From contig CAVQMT010000044.1 in assembly GCA_963713655.1 (NCBI GenBank), forward strand, positions 6,686 to 70,685: a stretch of DNA of 64,000 bases, read 5' to 3'. A program made the position numbers and the translations under genes. Below are positions 53,119-62,689 of this stretch, piece after piece; the stretch's first letter is position 1; each line of letters starts with the position of its first letter. The notes beneath the pieces were generated by a model. It did not search any database. It was not told the origin of the DNA and saw only the letters and a program-made list of their open reading frames with translations. The stretch comes from an uncultured Acidobacteriota bacterium (lineage in GTDB: Bacteria; Acidobacteriota; Vicinamibacteria; Vicinamibacterales; UBA2999).

Positions 53119-53325
53119 CTACGACGCCCGGGCGTCGATCAGGCTGGGAGATGCGGGCGCGGCCAGATTGGCGACCGTGTGATTGCGGCGATGCGAGTGG
53201 GTCTCGCAGGTCGATCCCTTTTCCTCGACGTAGGTCAGCTCTCGACCGCTGGCCAGATCGCGGTAGCGACCGACGACGCATCCGCACGTCAGGTTCTTGA
53301 ATCCCAGGAGCCGAACCAGACTCAT
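53119..53325 (-). CDS. Small Cys/His-rich hypothetical protein upstream of the methyltransferase
   Basis: MSLVRLLGFKNLTCGCVVGRYRDLASGRELTYVEEKGSTCETHSHRRNHTV carries a CxC...CxxHxH pattern. It lies 17 nt from the longest methyltransferase ORF. Confidence 0.4.
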   Translation of the reverse strand: MSLVRLLGFKNLTCGCVVGRYRDLASGRELTYVEEKGSTCETHSHRRNHTVANLAAPASPSLIDARAS

Positions 53326-53608
53326 TGCCCCGCCCTCCGTCGAGTGCACAAAGCAAATCTCGTGCCTGTGCGGCTAACGATCGGCGCGCATGCGCGTCGT
53401 GCGCGCCGCTGCCGAAACTCCGTTCCGAAAACACCAGCGGTGTGTGGATCAAGCCGCGCCCGGGAGCGGCCGGCCAGCCGCAGATCGCGGCATCGCCGAG
53501 GCCCCGTTCGTTGGATCGCGGTTCAACGCCTTGGACAGGGTCCGGTGACAGGATTTGTCGGGAGTTCTTGGATTCCAGCGAAGTCTCGCGGCCGCCGGAC
53601 CGCGGTAC

Positions 53609-54141
53609 TCACGGTTCTGTCGGCGGGTGTATCGCCTTGAACGCGTCGAGGTCGGCGCGCCGCTGGCGGCCGGCCACCATCCGCGCCCGCGCGAGCCGCA
53701 GCAGGAACGCCGCGTGCGCGGCGAAGAGCAGCACGATCTCGAGTGGCGTCGGCTGGGCCACGAAAGCCACGCCCAGGTTGACAAGAGACGCCACGGCGAA
53801 GACCACCGAGAACAACGGGTCCGCTCCGCTGCCGGGTAGCCCCGGGGAGGCGCGCATGGCGCTCGTCTCCCACGAGGCGCCGTCATCCCGACTCGTAGCT
53901 GACCTGAATGAACCGGCCGATGCGCTCGACGCCGACGTGCAAGGTCCACACAGCCTCGAATCCGCCGACCAGCACCGTCAGCGGGACCATCGCCAGCAGG
54001 GACAGGTCGCGAGTAGAGGCCCTGCATCGACGCCAGCGTCGCCCACGCCACCACGGCCGCTACGGCCACGACGACCCGGACCGTGCCTCGAGCGGCTATC
54101 GTCTGGCGCAGGGCGGCGAACTCGGCTTCGCGTATCGTCAC
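53609..54141 (-). CDS. Hypothetical multi-pass membrane protein; about 2 apparent frameshifts
   Basis: AAGGAG RBS plus GTG 54141. Hydrophobic segments are VVVAVAAVVAWATLA, LSLLAMVPLTVLVGGF and PLFSVVFAVASLVNLGVAFVA. Confidence 0.4.
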
Positions 54142-54242
54142 GGAAACAACTCCTTTACGGCTTTGGCCCTGTAGAAATTGCACGCTGTGGCTTGCGGCCA
54201 AACAATTTTCGCGTCGTCCCGGGCACGCGGGTATAGATTGTC

Positions 54243-54251
54243 TGCTAGAAT
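54243..54251 (+). promoter_or_regulatory. Extended -10-like element TGCTAGAAT upstream of the DD-carboxypeptidase
   Basis: TGnTAnAAT pattern in an AT-richer spacer, 55 nt before ATG 54306. Confidence 0.3.
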
Positions 54252-54305
54252 GCCGATACTCGTAACGGTCCTAGTCTCAAACATTTGCCGGTGATTTTCC
54301 CTGGG

Positions 54306-55384
54306 ATGCAGCTTGTGGAACTGACTAATGCCCCCCGTCGGATGCTCGCAGTGGTGTTTTGTCTCGCGGCCGCGCTCGCCGTGTCGACGGAACAGGCCCT
54401 GGAAGCGGCAACTCAGGCGAAGCCGCCGAAGCCGAGCTCGAGCTCGTCCCGGCTAACCTTGTCAAAGGCGCGTGCCACCAAGGCGCGCAGCCGCCGGCCC
54501 AGTCGTGCCCGCGCCCGCGCCGCGGCCAACGCCAAGGCGGTCCGCGAGGCCCAGGAGCCGCATTTCAAGTTCGACGAGACCGGCGCGCTGGTTCCGGACA
54601 TCCGCGCCGAAGCCGCCATCATCTATGACCCGCGCACCGGACAGGTGCTGTGGGAGCAGAACTCGCAGGTCGAGCGCTCGATTGCCAGCATCACGAAGGT
54701 GATGACGGCGGCGGTGGTGCTCGAGAACCCGGACGACCTCGACACCGAGGTCGTGATCCAGCGGTCGCGACGTCTATCGCGCCTCCACCACCTACATCCG
54801 TGCCGGCGACCGCGTGACCAAGGACGACCTGCTGCACCTGCTGCTGATCGGCTCCGACAACGCCGCGGCGCGCGTGCTGGCGCGCACGTCGTCGCTGGGC
54901 CCCGAAGGCTTCATCCGGCGGATGAACGAGAAGGCGGCCGAACTCGGGCTCGAGAGCACCGAGTACGTCGATCCCGCCGGGCATCTACAACGCCAACGTG
55001 TCGTCGGCCTACGACATGGCGCGGCTCATCAGCTTCGCGTCGGGCAACGAGCGCATGGCCGCGATCATGCGCACGCCGCAATACAGCATCGACGCCGGCC
55101 GGCGCCGCATCACCGTGTCATCGACCAATCAGCTGGTGAAGGCGGGCGACGTGGACGTGCAGGCGGGCAAGACCGGGTTCATCCGCAACGCCGGCTACTG
55201 CCTGGCGACGCTGCTGCGGCTGCCGCAGGGCGGTGGCGAAGTGGCGGTCGTGGTGCTGGGCGCCAAATCGAACGCGGGCCGCTTCTGGGAAACCCGTCAC
55301 CTGTTCAACTGGCTGTCGGCCAAGGCCGAAGATCTGCTGGGCAGCCGGCTCGAAGCCGCCGCCCCGCCTCCGCTCGCGCAGTAG
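54306..55384 (+). CDS. D-alanyl-D-alanine carboxypeptidase/endopeptidase (peptidase S11, PBP5/6-like); 2 apparent frameshifts
   Basis: It has a signal peptide. The motifs are SIASITKVMT (SxxK), IGSDNAAA (SxN) and AGKTGFI (KTG). Frame hops occur near 54765 and 54985. Confidence 0.8.
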
Positions 55385-55387
55385 CGG

Positions 55388-56260
55388 TTACCCCGCCAGA
55401 TACCCGCGCTGGATCGCTGCCGCGTCGAGCGGCAGCGTGGCCACGTTGTCGAAGGTCGGAAACACCGGCCGCGACGCGTGGCGCGAATCGAACGCCTTCA
55501 GGTACCGCCGGCACTGGTCGCAGCCGAACACCCGATATTGCCCGTCCGGCGTCGCGAACGACGACACGCGCGCGCGATCGTCGTTGCGGCAGAACGGGCA
55601 CGCCGTGCCGTCGAACCCCCACTGCAGGTGGCAATGGCTGCACACCAGGCGGCGCGCGCTGGCCGAGACGATCACCGCGAAATCCGGTTCGGCGCCGCAC
55701 AGCGGACAGTAGCCGTGTGTCCACATGCTGAGCTCGGGCCGGGGCTGAAACGCCTCGGCGCATCGGGAGAGGAACGGGCGCATCGCCAGCGCCAGCACCT
55801 GGTCCAGCGTTTCGTCTTCCGGCGTCGCGCTGGCGGCCGGCGCGCCGTTGTGGCGATCGGCGGTGCGGGCATACCAGGCGGCCGCCGCCGACAGCAGATC
55901 CTGGCTGCGGCCGAGCGCGGCGGCGCGCGCGTAATCGTCGGGGTCCAGGGCACCGCAGCGGTGCAGCACTTCGGCGGTCTGGCGGATCGTGAGCCGCAGG
56001 TCGCTGACGTCGATTGGGATCTGCTCGAAGCGCAGGACCGGACGCCCCTCGCGTACGTGCCGCGCGAAGCCCGGCCCGTCGATGTCGATCCACGGCAGCG
56101 ACACGCGCAAGCGGACGCGATGCTGCAGGTCGAGCAGCGCCAGGTGCAGGTCGGCGGCGTCGGCCAATTCGGGCTGGCTGGTGCGGAGCGCCCTGAGGTG
56201 GGACAGTTCGCCCGCTTCGTTGCGGCCAGACGGGTCGGAGCGCGTGGGCACCCTCGGCAT
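55388..56260 (-). CDS. fdhE: FdhE-like protein (formate dehydrogenase accessory protein family)
   Basis: Intact 290-aa ORF with four Cys pairs (CPLCG, CSHCH, CPFC, CDQC) in the spacing typical of FdhE. Confidence 0.75.
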   Translation of the reverse strand: MPRVPTRSDPSGRNEAGELSHLRALRTSQPELADAADLHLALLDLQHRVRLRVSLPWIDIDGPGFARHVREGRPVLRFEQIPIDVSDLRLTIRQTAEVLHRCGALDPDDYARAAALGRSQDLLSAAAAWYARTADRHNGAPAASATPEDETLDQVLALAMRPFLSRCAEAFQPRPELSMWTHGYCPLCGAEPDFAVIVSASARRLVCSHCHLQWGFDGTACPFCRNDDRARVSSFATPDGQYRVFGCDQCRRYLKAFDSRHASRPVFPTFDNVATLPLDAAAIQRGYLAG

Positions 56261-56299
56261 AATACAGCAGAGCTTGGAATTAATACAGCAGAGCTGGGA
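56259..56299. repeat. Two 21-nt direct repeats (ATAATACAGCAGAGCTTGGA / TTAATACAGCAGAGCTGGGA) in the fdhE-glgA divergent spacer
   Basis: AATACAGCAGAGCT occurs at 56261-56274 and 56282-56295, a period of 21 nt (3 x 7). Confidence 0.85.
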
Positions 56300-56333
56300 C
56301 TGGCCCGGCCCGACCCGCGGATAATAAGGTGGA

Positions 56334-57818
56334 TTGTCGATGCGGATCCTGATGGTGGCCTCGGAAGTCGCCCCGTTCGCGAAAACCGGGGGATTGGCCG
56401 ACGTTCTGGGGGCCCTGCCGCAGGCGCTGGCGCGCCTGGGGCACGATGTCGAGGTCGTGATGCCGCGTTACCGCGGGGTCACCGCCGGCGACCGCGTCGG
56501 GCGCATCACGGTGCGATTGGGGGACCGCCAGCTGGACGCCGGCGTCTTTGCGGTCTCCGCCGCCGGCGTGCGCATCGTCTTCATCGACCAGCCCAGCTAT
56601 TTCGACCGCGAGGGCATCTACGGCGAGGGCGGCCAGGACTATGCCGACAGCCCCGAGCGGTTCGCCTTTCTGGGCCATGCGGCGCTGCGCTGGTCGATGC
56701 TGACCGGCGCGCGCTACGACGTGGTGCACGGGCACGACTGGCAGGCGGGCGCGCTGGCGGCCCTCATCGGTACACCCGGCGCCGCGCACGCGCTGGCGCG
56801 CGTGCCGATGGTGTTCACCATCCACAACCTGGCGTACCAAGGGCTGTTCGACCGGTCGTGGCTGCCGGGACTGGGGTTCAGTCCGACGCTGATGAGCGTG
56901 GACGGGATGGAGTACTGGAACCAGGCCAGCTACCTCAAGGCCGGCATCATGTTCAGCCGGGTCATCACCACGGTCAGCCCGCGGTATGCGGCCGAAATCC
57001 AGACCCCGGAATACGGGTTCGGGTTCGACGGCATCCTGCGCAGCCGGGCCGACCGTCTGGTCGGCATTTTGAACGGGATCGACTACGATCAATGGAACCC
57101 CGCCAGCGACCCGCATCTGCCTGTCCCGTTCGACGCGGGAAACCTGTCGGGAAAGGTGGCCGCCAAGCGACACGCCCTGGAATCGTTCGGCATCCAACCG
57201 AATGAGGCCGCCATGGGCCGGCCGCTGGTCGGCCTGGTGTCGCGGCTGGTGGACCAGAAGGGGTTTGATCTCGTGGCGGACGCGTCCGAAGAGCTGCTGG
57301 GCCTGGATGCTACGTTCGTGCTGCTGGGGACCGGCGACGCGCGCTACGAGACCCTGTGGCACGACCTGTCAGCCGCCCACCCCGACCGTGTCGGCGCGCG
57401 CCTCGGGTTCGACGAGGGGCTGGCGCACGTCATCGAGGGCGGCAGCGACATGTTCCTGATGCCGTCGCGATTCGAGCCGTGCGGCCTCAACCAGATGTAC
57501 AGCCTGCGCTACGGCACGGTGCCGGTGGTGCGGGCCACCGGCGGGCTGGCCGACACGGTGCGCGACTTCGATCCGCAGACGGGCGAGGGCACCGGATTCA
57601 CCTTCGAGGAGTACTCGTCGACGGCGATGGTCGGTGCGCTGACGCGCGCGATCGACACCTATCGGCGCGCCGACGTGTGGCGCGCCATGCAGCTGGCCGG
57701 GATGCGCGAGGATCACTCGTGGACCACGTCGGCGCACAAATACGTGTCCGTCTACGAATGGGCGCAGGAACTGCAGCACCAACGCGGCGGGCCGGCAGGG
57801 AAGGCCGTGCGCGCGTAA
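56334..57818 (+). CDS. glgA: Glycogen synthase (ADP-glucose type)
   Basis: Intact 494-aa ORF. Contains [36 protein letters not shown] and [13 protein letters not shown]. Confidence 0.9.
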   Translation: MSMRILMVASEVAPFAKTGGLADVLGALPQALARLGHDVEVVMPRYRGVTAGDRVGRITVRLGDRQLDAGVFAVSAAGVRIVFIDQPSYFDREGIYGEGGQDYADSPERFAFLGHAALRWSMLTGARYDVVHGHDWQAGALAALIGTPGAAHALARVPMVFTIHNLAYQGLFDRSWLPGLGFSPTLMSVDGMEYWNQASYLKAGIMFSRVITTVSPRYAAEIQTPEYGFGFDGILRSRADRLVGILNGIDYDQWNPASDPHLPVPFDAGNLSGKVAAKRHALESFGIQPNEAAMGRPLVGLVSRLVDQKGFDLVADASEELLGLDATFVLLGTGDARYETLWHDLSAAHPDRVGARLGFDEGLAHVIEGGSDMFLMPSRFEPCGLNQMYSLRYGTVPVVRATGGLADTVRDFDPQTGEGTGFTFEEYSSTAMVGALTRAIDTYRRADVWRAMQLAGMREDHSWTTSAHKYVSVYEWAQELQHQRGGPAGKAVRA

Positions 57819-57839
57819 CGGAACAGGGGGAGACCACAG

Positions 57840-58163
57840 ATGGCATCCGACAAAGTGAAGACGGTCACCGACGGCAACTTCGACAGCGAAACCAGCAAGG
57901 GCCTGGTGCTCGTGGACTTCTGGGCGCCCTGGTGCGGACCCTGCCGCCGCATGGCGCCGACGGTCGACGAGCTGGCGTCGGATTACGAAGGGCGCGCCAC
58001 GGTTGCAAAAATGAACGTGGACGACAATCCGGACGTGCCGAGCCGCTACGCGATTCGCGGCATCCCGACGCTGCTGCTCTTCAAGGACGGGCAGCTGGCC
58101 GAGACGATCGTCGGGCTGCAGTCGAAGGAGGCCATCGTCGCCACGCTCGAAAGGCACCTTTGA
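57840..58163 (+). CDS. trxA: Thioredoxin
   Basis: Intact 107-aa [15 protein letters not shown] is the active site. Confidence 0.9.
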   Translation: MASDKVKTVTDGNFDSETSKGLVLVDFWAPWCGPCRRMAPTVDELASDYEGRATVAKMNVDDNPDVPSRYAIRGIPTLLLFKDGQLAETIVGLQSKEAIVATLERHL

Positions 58164-59143
58164 TGTCGCACGGTCGCGTCGTCATCATCGGCTCGGGGCC
58201 GGCGGGTCTGACCGCGGCGCTGTACACCGCGCGCGCCAACCTGAAGCCCACGCTGGTGGAGGGCCTCGAGGCCGGCGGGCAGCTGATGCTGACGACGATG
58301 GTGGAGAACTGGCCGGGGTTTCGCGACGGCATCATGGGGCCCGACCTCATGACCGAGATGCGGGCTCAGGCCGAGCGGTTCGGCGCCGAAATCCTGCAGA
58401 GCACCGTGACCAGGGTGGACTTGAGCCGCCGGCCGTTCACCATCGGCCTGGGTGAGAAGCGCGAGCTTCAGGCCGACGCGCTGATCATCGCCACCGGCGC
58501 GTCGGCGAGGTGGCTCGACATCGGCGCCGACCGGCGGCTGTCGGGCCACGGCGTGTCCACGTGCGCCACCTGCGACGGCTACTTCTTCCGCGGCAAGCCG
58601 ATCGCGGTCGTCGGCGGCGGCGACTCGGCGATGGAGGAAGCGATCTACCTGACCCGCTTCGCCTCGTCGGTGGCGGTGATCCACCGCCGCGACTCGTTGC
58701 GGGCGTCGAAGATCATGCAGGACAAGGCGTTCGCCAACCCGAAGATCACCTTCGTGTGGGACTCGGAGGTGGCCGACATCACCGCGTCGGACAAGGGCGA
58801 GGTGACCGGACTGGTCGTCCGCAACCTGAAGACGGACGCGCAGCACACGCTGCCCGTGGACGGCGTGTTCATCGCCATTGGCCACACGCCGAACACGTCG
58901 CTGGTCGCGGGCCAGATCGAGCTCGACGCCAACGGCTACATCGTCACCCACGACGGCTCGCGGACCAGCGTGCCCGGCGTCTTCGCGGCCGGCGACGTGC
59001 AGGACCACATCTACCGGCAGGCGATCACCGCTGCCGGCTCGGGCTGCATGGCGGCAATCGACGCCGAGCGGTATCTGGAAAACCTCGCTGTTCCGTCGAG
59101 CGTGCACGAGACCGCCGATGGTGTCGGCGCCACGGGGCGCTGA
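58163..59143 (+). CDS. trxB: Thioredoxin-disulfide reductase
   Basis: The ATG overlaps the trxA stop (TGATG). Contains [14 protein letters not shown], the redox pair in [16 protein letters not shown] and FAAGDV. Confidence 0.9.
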   Translation: MSHGRVVIIGSGPAGLTAALYTARANLKPTLVEGLEAGGQLMLTTMVENWPGFRDGIMGPDLMTEMRAQAERFGAEILQSTVTRVDLSRRPFTIGLGEKRELQADALIIATGASARWLDIGADRRLSGHGVSTCATCDGYFFRGKPIAVVGGGDSAMEEAIYLTRFASSVAVIHRRDSLRASKIMQDKAFANPKITFVWDSEVADITASDKGEVTGLVVRNLKTDAQHTLPVDGVFIAIGHTPNTSLVAGQIELDANGYIVTHDGSRTSVPGVFAAGDVQDHIYRQAITAAGSGCMAAIDAERYLENLAVPSSVHETADGVGATGR

Positions 59144-59307
59144 GCCCTCCAGCCGTCCGTCACCAGCCGCGCCAGGCCCGCGGTTCGGGCGCCGGCGATC
59201 TGTTCCGTCTCGGTCTCGCGGTTGCCGCCGCGGGCACCATCGTCGCGGGCTCTCCGATCGTCAACACGATTCGCCAGGCGCTGCTCGTAGCCTGGCCCGC
59301 GGGCTAC

Positions 59308-60321
59308 GTGCCGGTGCTGGCCGGCGTCGTGGCCGTGACCGGCCTGGCCCTCGTCGTCTTCACCCTGCGCTCGATGCGCGACCGGTCGTGGCCGCGGCTG
59401 GCTGCGCTGGCGATGGCTGTCGCCCTTGCCGTCGGATCCGGCGCGGCCCTGCGAACCGGCGTCGCCAACGTGGACGCGGTCGAGGCCTTTCACTTCGTCG
59501 AGTACAGCGCGCTGACGCTGCTGTTTGCCTGGGCCTTCACCCAGCCGGCCGGAGCATCGGCCTGGTTGTGGGCGGCGTATGCGGCGCTGTTCGTCGGCGC
59601 GGTGGACGAGTGGACGCAGTGGTTCGTGCCTGGCCGCACCGGTGAGATTCGCGACGTCGCCATCAACGGCATCGCGATTACCTGCGGGCTGCTGCTCGCC
59701 CGGGCGCTCGACCTGGGCGCCGGTCCGCGGCGCGAGGGCCGCCGGTGGGCCCTGGGCGCCGGTGCCGCCGCGGTCGTGCTGGTGGTGGCGGGCTTCTTCG
59801 CCAGCGCGCACCTGGGCTACGAGCTTCGCGATGATGAAGCCGGCACCTTCATGTCCTACCACTCGCGCGAGGGGCTGGCGGCCCTGTCAGCGGAGCACGC
59901 GCGGGCGTGGGGCGACCGCGGCCCTGCGCCGCAGGGGCAGTTCTCCCGCGAGGATCAATATCTCAGCGAAGCGCTGTGGCACGTGCGGCGGCGCAACGAG
60001 GCGATGGAGGACGGCGATCTCGCCGCGGCGTGGCGCGAGAACCGGATCCTGGAGAAGTACTTCGCGCCCGTGCTGCGAATCAGGCGGCCCGACCGCTCGC
60101 CCCTCCACGCCTTGTCACCCGAACAGGCGGCGGGCCTGGCGGCCGGCCGCGACGCCGCCGGCGCGGGGTCGAGCGACGCGAACCCGATTGCGATCTACAC
60201 CTGGCGGCCCGCGGCGTTCTGGACGGTCGTGCTGGCTCTCGCGGCGGCCCTGGTCTTGCTGACAACACGGGTGGGAGCGGGCCTGGCCACCCGGCGAGCC
60301 CCGGAGGACGTCCATGCGTGA
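59308..60321 (+). CDS. VanZ-like multi-pass membrane protein with a soluble C-terminal region
   Basis: EAFHFVEYSALTLLFAWAF...DEWTQWFVPGRTGEIRDVAINGIAI is a VanZ-like core. The ORF is open upstream to 59140, but the first canonical start is GTG 59308. Confidence 0.55.
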   Translation: MPVLAGVVAVTGLALVVFTLRSMRDRSWPRLAALAMAVALAVGSGAALRTGVANVDAVEAFHFVEYSALTLLFAWAFTQPAGASAWLWAAYAALFVGAVDEWTQWFVPGRTGEIRDVAINGIAITCGLLLARALDLGAGPRREGRRWALGAGAAAVVLVVAGFFASAHLGYELRDDEAGTFMSYHSREGLAALSAEHARAWGDRGPAPQGQFSREDQYLSEALWHVRRRNEAMEDGDLAAAWRENRILEKYFAPVLRIRRPDRSPLHALSPEQAAGLAAGRDAAGAGSSDANPIAIYTWRPAAFWTVVLALAAALVLLTTRVGAGLATRRAPEDVHA

Positions 60322-60898
60322 CACGATTGCGGCACTCGAGGCCGAGTTCTGGCGTTACAAGGCACTTGGCGATTCGGCGCTGGCACAGCTGGACGACGAT
60401 CTGGTGTCGCGCGTGCCGGCGGGCGAGAGCAACTCCGTGGCGGTGATCGTGTGGCACCTGGCGGGCAACTTCGAGTCCCGCTTCACCGACTTCCTGGACG
60501 CTGACGGCGAGAAGCCCTGGCGCGACCGCGACGCCGAGTTCGAGGCGCGCACCGTCACGCAGCCGGTGACGGTGGCGCGCTGGCAGCAGGGCTGGGCGGT
60601 GGTGCTACCGGCGCTGGCCGGCCTGCGCGACATCGACCTGCCGCGCCACGTCACCGTGCGGGGGCAGAAGCTGACCGTGCTCGAGGCCGTGAGCCGCGCG
60701 CTGGCGCACACGGCATATCACGTCGGACAGATCGTGTTCCTGGGGAAGATGTGGCGCGACGAGCAGTGGAAGTGCCTGAGCATTCCGCGCGGCGCGTCGA
60801 AGACCTACAACGCCAACCCCCGCAGCGAGAAGCCGTCGGCCCACGCCGCGCACCTTCAGTCGATCCAGCCGCCGCCGACGACGACGTCGTCGTCGTAG
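60314..60898 (+). CDS. DinB-superfamily protein (DUF1572-like)
   Basis: Intact 194-aa ORF. The ATG overlaps the upstream stop. It shows a four-helix DinB pattern with conserved His residues (VWHLAGN, LAHTAYHVGQIVFLGK). Confidence 0.7.
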   Translation: MRDTIAALEAEFWRYKALGDSALAQLDDDLVSRVPAGESNSVAVIVWHLAGNFESRFTDFLDADGEKPWRDRDAEFEARTVTQPVTVARWQQGWAVVLPALAGLRDIDLPRHVTVRGQKLTVLEAVSRALAHTAYHVGQIVFLGKMWRDEQWKCLSIPRGASKTYNANPRSEKPSAHAAHLQSIQPPPTTTSSS

Positions 60899-61914
60899 AA
60901 CACGGCCGCCTGGCCCGGCGTGACCGCGGCCTGCGGCGCGTCGAACTCCACCTCGGCGCGGCCGCCGTCGAGCGCGCGCACGCGGGCCGGCGCCGCGCGG
61001 TGGCGGTGCCGGATCTGCGCCGTCACCGGCGTCCAGCCAGCGGGGCGGACGCCGCTCGTCCACGTGACGCCGGATGCCGTGAACCCGGTGCGATCCAGGG
61101 CGGCGCGTGGTCCGACGGTCACCGTGGCGCTGTCCGCCTCGATCCGCAGCACGTAGAGCGGCACCGGTGAGGCCACGCCGAGTCCCTTGCGCTGGCCGAC
61201 GGTGAAGCGGTGGACGCCGCCGTGCGCGCCGAGCGTGTTCCCGGCGGTGTCGGCGATGCGGCCGGGGCGCGTGCCGTCGCCGGCCTTCGCCTCCACGAAC
61301 GCCGCGTAGTCGCCGCTCGGCACGAAGCAGATCTCCTGGCTGTCGGGCTTGTCGGCCACGGCCAGGCCCAGGCGCCGCGCGTGATCGCGGACCTCGCCCT
61401 TGGTCAGGGGCCCGACAGGAAACGACGCCTGCGCCAGCTGCTCCTGCGTCAGCGAGAAGAGGAAATAGGACTGATCCTTCTCCCGGTCCGCGCCGCGGCG
61501 CAACAGCCAGCGTCCGTCCGCCGCCCGGTCCACGCGCGCGTAGTGGCCGGTGGCGACGTGGGCGGCGCCCAGCCCGGTGGCGCGCTCGAGCAGCGTCGAG
61601 AACTTGAGGTCGCTGTTGCAGTGGGCGCAGGGCAGGGGAGTGCGGCCCGATGTGTACTCCTGCACGAAATTCGACACCACCGCCTGCTCGAACTGCCGCT
61701 CGAAGTTCAGGATGTAGTGCGGGACGCCGAGGGCGGCGGCCACTCGACGGGCATCGTGCAGGTCGTCGAGGGTGCAGCAGGTGCCGAAGCTCTCGCCGTT
61801 GCGCTGATCGTAGAGCTGCATCGACACGCCCACCACGTCGTGGCCGGCCTCGGCCAGCAGGGCCGCGGCCACCGACGAGTCCACGCCGCCCGACATCGCG
61901 ACCACGACGCGCAT
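60856..61914 (-). CDS. mnmA: tRNA 2-thiouridine(34) synthase
   Basis: Intact ORF. MRVVVAMSGGVDSSVAA is the PP-loop. Also contains PCAHCNSDLKF, ATGHYAR, KDQSYFL and QEICF. Confidence 0.9.
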   Translation of the reverse strand: MRVVVAMSGGVDSSVAAALLAEAGHDVVGVSMQLYDQRNGESFGTCCTLDDLHDARRVAAALGVPHYILNFERQFEQAVVSNFVQEYTSGRTPLPCAHCNSDLKFSTLLERATGLGAAHVATGHYARVDRAADGRWLLRRGADREKDQSYFLFSLTQEQLAQASFPVGPLTKGEVRDHARRLGLAVADKPDSQEICFVPSGDYAAFVEAKAGDGTRPGRIADTAGNTLGAHGGVHRFTVGQRKGLGVASPVPLYVLRIEADSATVTVGPRAALDRTGFTASGVTWTSGVRPAGWTPVTAQIRHRHRAAPARVRALDGGRAEVEFDAPQAAVTPGQAAVFYDDDVVVGGGWID

Positions 61915-62689
61915 GGCTATGATCGGTACTCCGGAAATCGCGACCGCCAGCCTTTGAGGGCGCGGGAAGGGCATACTGCCGGCGCCTCCCGTATTCCGCA
62001 CCCCGACTTGCCGGCGTGCTTTGCACGCTGGTCTCTCGTCCCTCCCGCCCTTCCGCTGCCACCGCAACTAGTCCGTAATTCCACCGAGAACCATCGTGAC
62101 AATGCACCGTCCGGGTGGTTACCGACCGTTCGCGAGTGTCTGTCTTGCGCGCTACGCGCGCAACATCCGCAGCTGTTGACGACCAAGTCCGGCGTGTCGG
62201 GCGTCTACCTCGATAGCATTTGGGGACTTGTGAGACCGTCACCGTATCCGCCGCGTGGCCGCATTCGCCGGTGGAGTCGAGCGTTCGATGGCTCCCTCTC
62301 GTCGGACTTATGGCTCCCGCCGGAGGCTACGCTCACAACATTTGGTGAGCCATTCCTAGCCTCCGTGGCGGTCTCCGGTCCACTCGGGCCGATTCCTGCG
62401 ATTTTCTGCGATTATCTCGTCCGCGTTGTCCGGCCCACCCCTTGCTGCCTTCGCAGCAAGTCCTCCGGAGAGCGGTTTTCCGCGATATCCGGGATCAGAC
62501 CCGGGGGGCTGTCCACGGAACCGGCGAGATTCAGCGCGAGCCGCATCGTTATTTAAGTACTCTGGGCGAATTGCTGCTTGTAGATAATGAGAGACTGAAC
62601 CAACTTGGTCAGGGAACCGCACGCTCGGTCGCGGTAAGCACAACGCGCGAGCGTCATTTCCTCGCCGGAAAAGGAACTGGGGAAGCACC
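61915..62689. other. 775-nt unassigned, visibly lower-GC, hairpin-rich non-coding region (candidate ncRNA or long structured leader)
   Basis: No frame gives a credible protein. A nested hairpin spans 62316-62371 (GGAGGCTA..TAGCCTCC enclosing GCTCAC..GTGAGC). A perfect 8-bp hairpin, CTTGCTGC-CTTC-GCAGCAAG, lies at 62441-62460. Confidence 0.5.

Noticed and set aside
52191-54141. A complete restriction-modification system around the DNA methyltransferase.
   Set aside because: The flanking ORFs are a LysR regulator, a 68-aa Cys/His peptide and a small membrane protein. None shows nuclease motifs, so only an orphan or solitary methyltransferase can be claimed.
55388-56260. The presence of fdhE as evidence for a formate dehydrogenase operon in this window.
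   Set aside because: No molybdopterin oxidoreductase, Fe-S subunit or cytochrome b subunit genes flank it. The neighbours are a DD-carboxypeptidase and glgA.
62275-62300. A tRNA-like T-arm suggested by GAGCGTTCGATGGCTC.
   Set aside because: The stem is only 4 bp with an 8-nt loop. No acceptor, D or anticodon arms can be built around it. I found no other GGTTCGAATCC-type sequences in the window outside coding regions.
61915-62689. RNase P RNA, tmRNA or a cobalamin riboswitch in the long spacer. Partial resemblances were CTGTCCACGGAACCGGCGAG versus the RNase P 3' region, GCGGTAAGCACAACGCGCG versus the GGUAAGAGCGCACC region, GGACCGGAGACCGCC on the minus strand versus the B12 box, and a GGGG...CTCCACCGG pairing idea for tmRNA.
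   Set aside because: The canonical GAGGAAAGUCCGGGC element is absent, and the RNase P-like pieces are in the wrong order. There is no GGUUCGAnUCC T-arm, no terminal CCA context and no plausible tag ORF ending in hydrophobic Ala-Ala. The B12-box match is one nucleotide short and lacks the rest of the riboswitch core, and it would sit upstream of mnmA. None can be supported by eye, so a covariance-model scan is needed.
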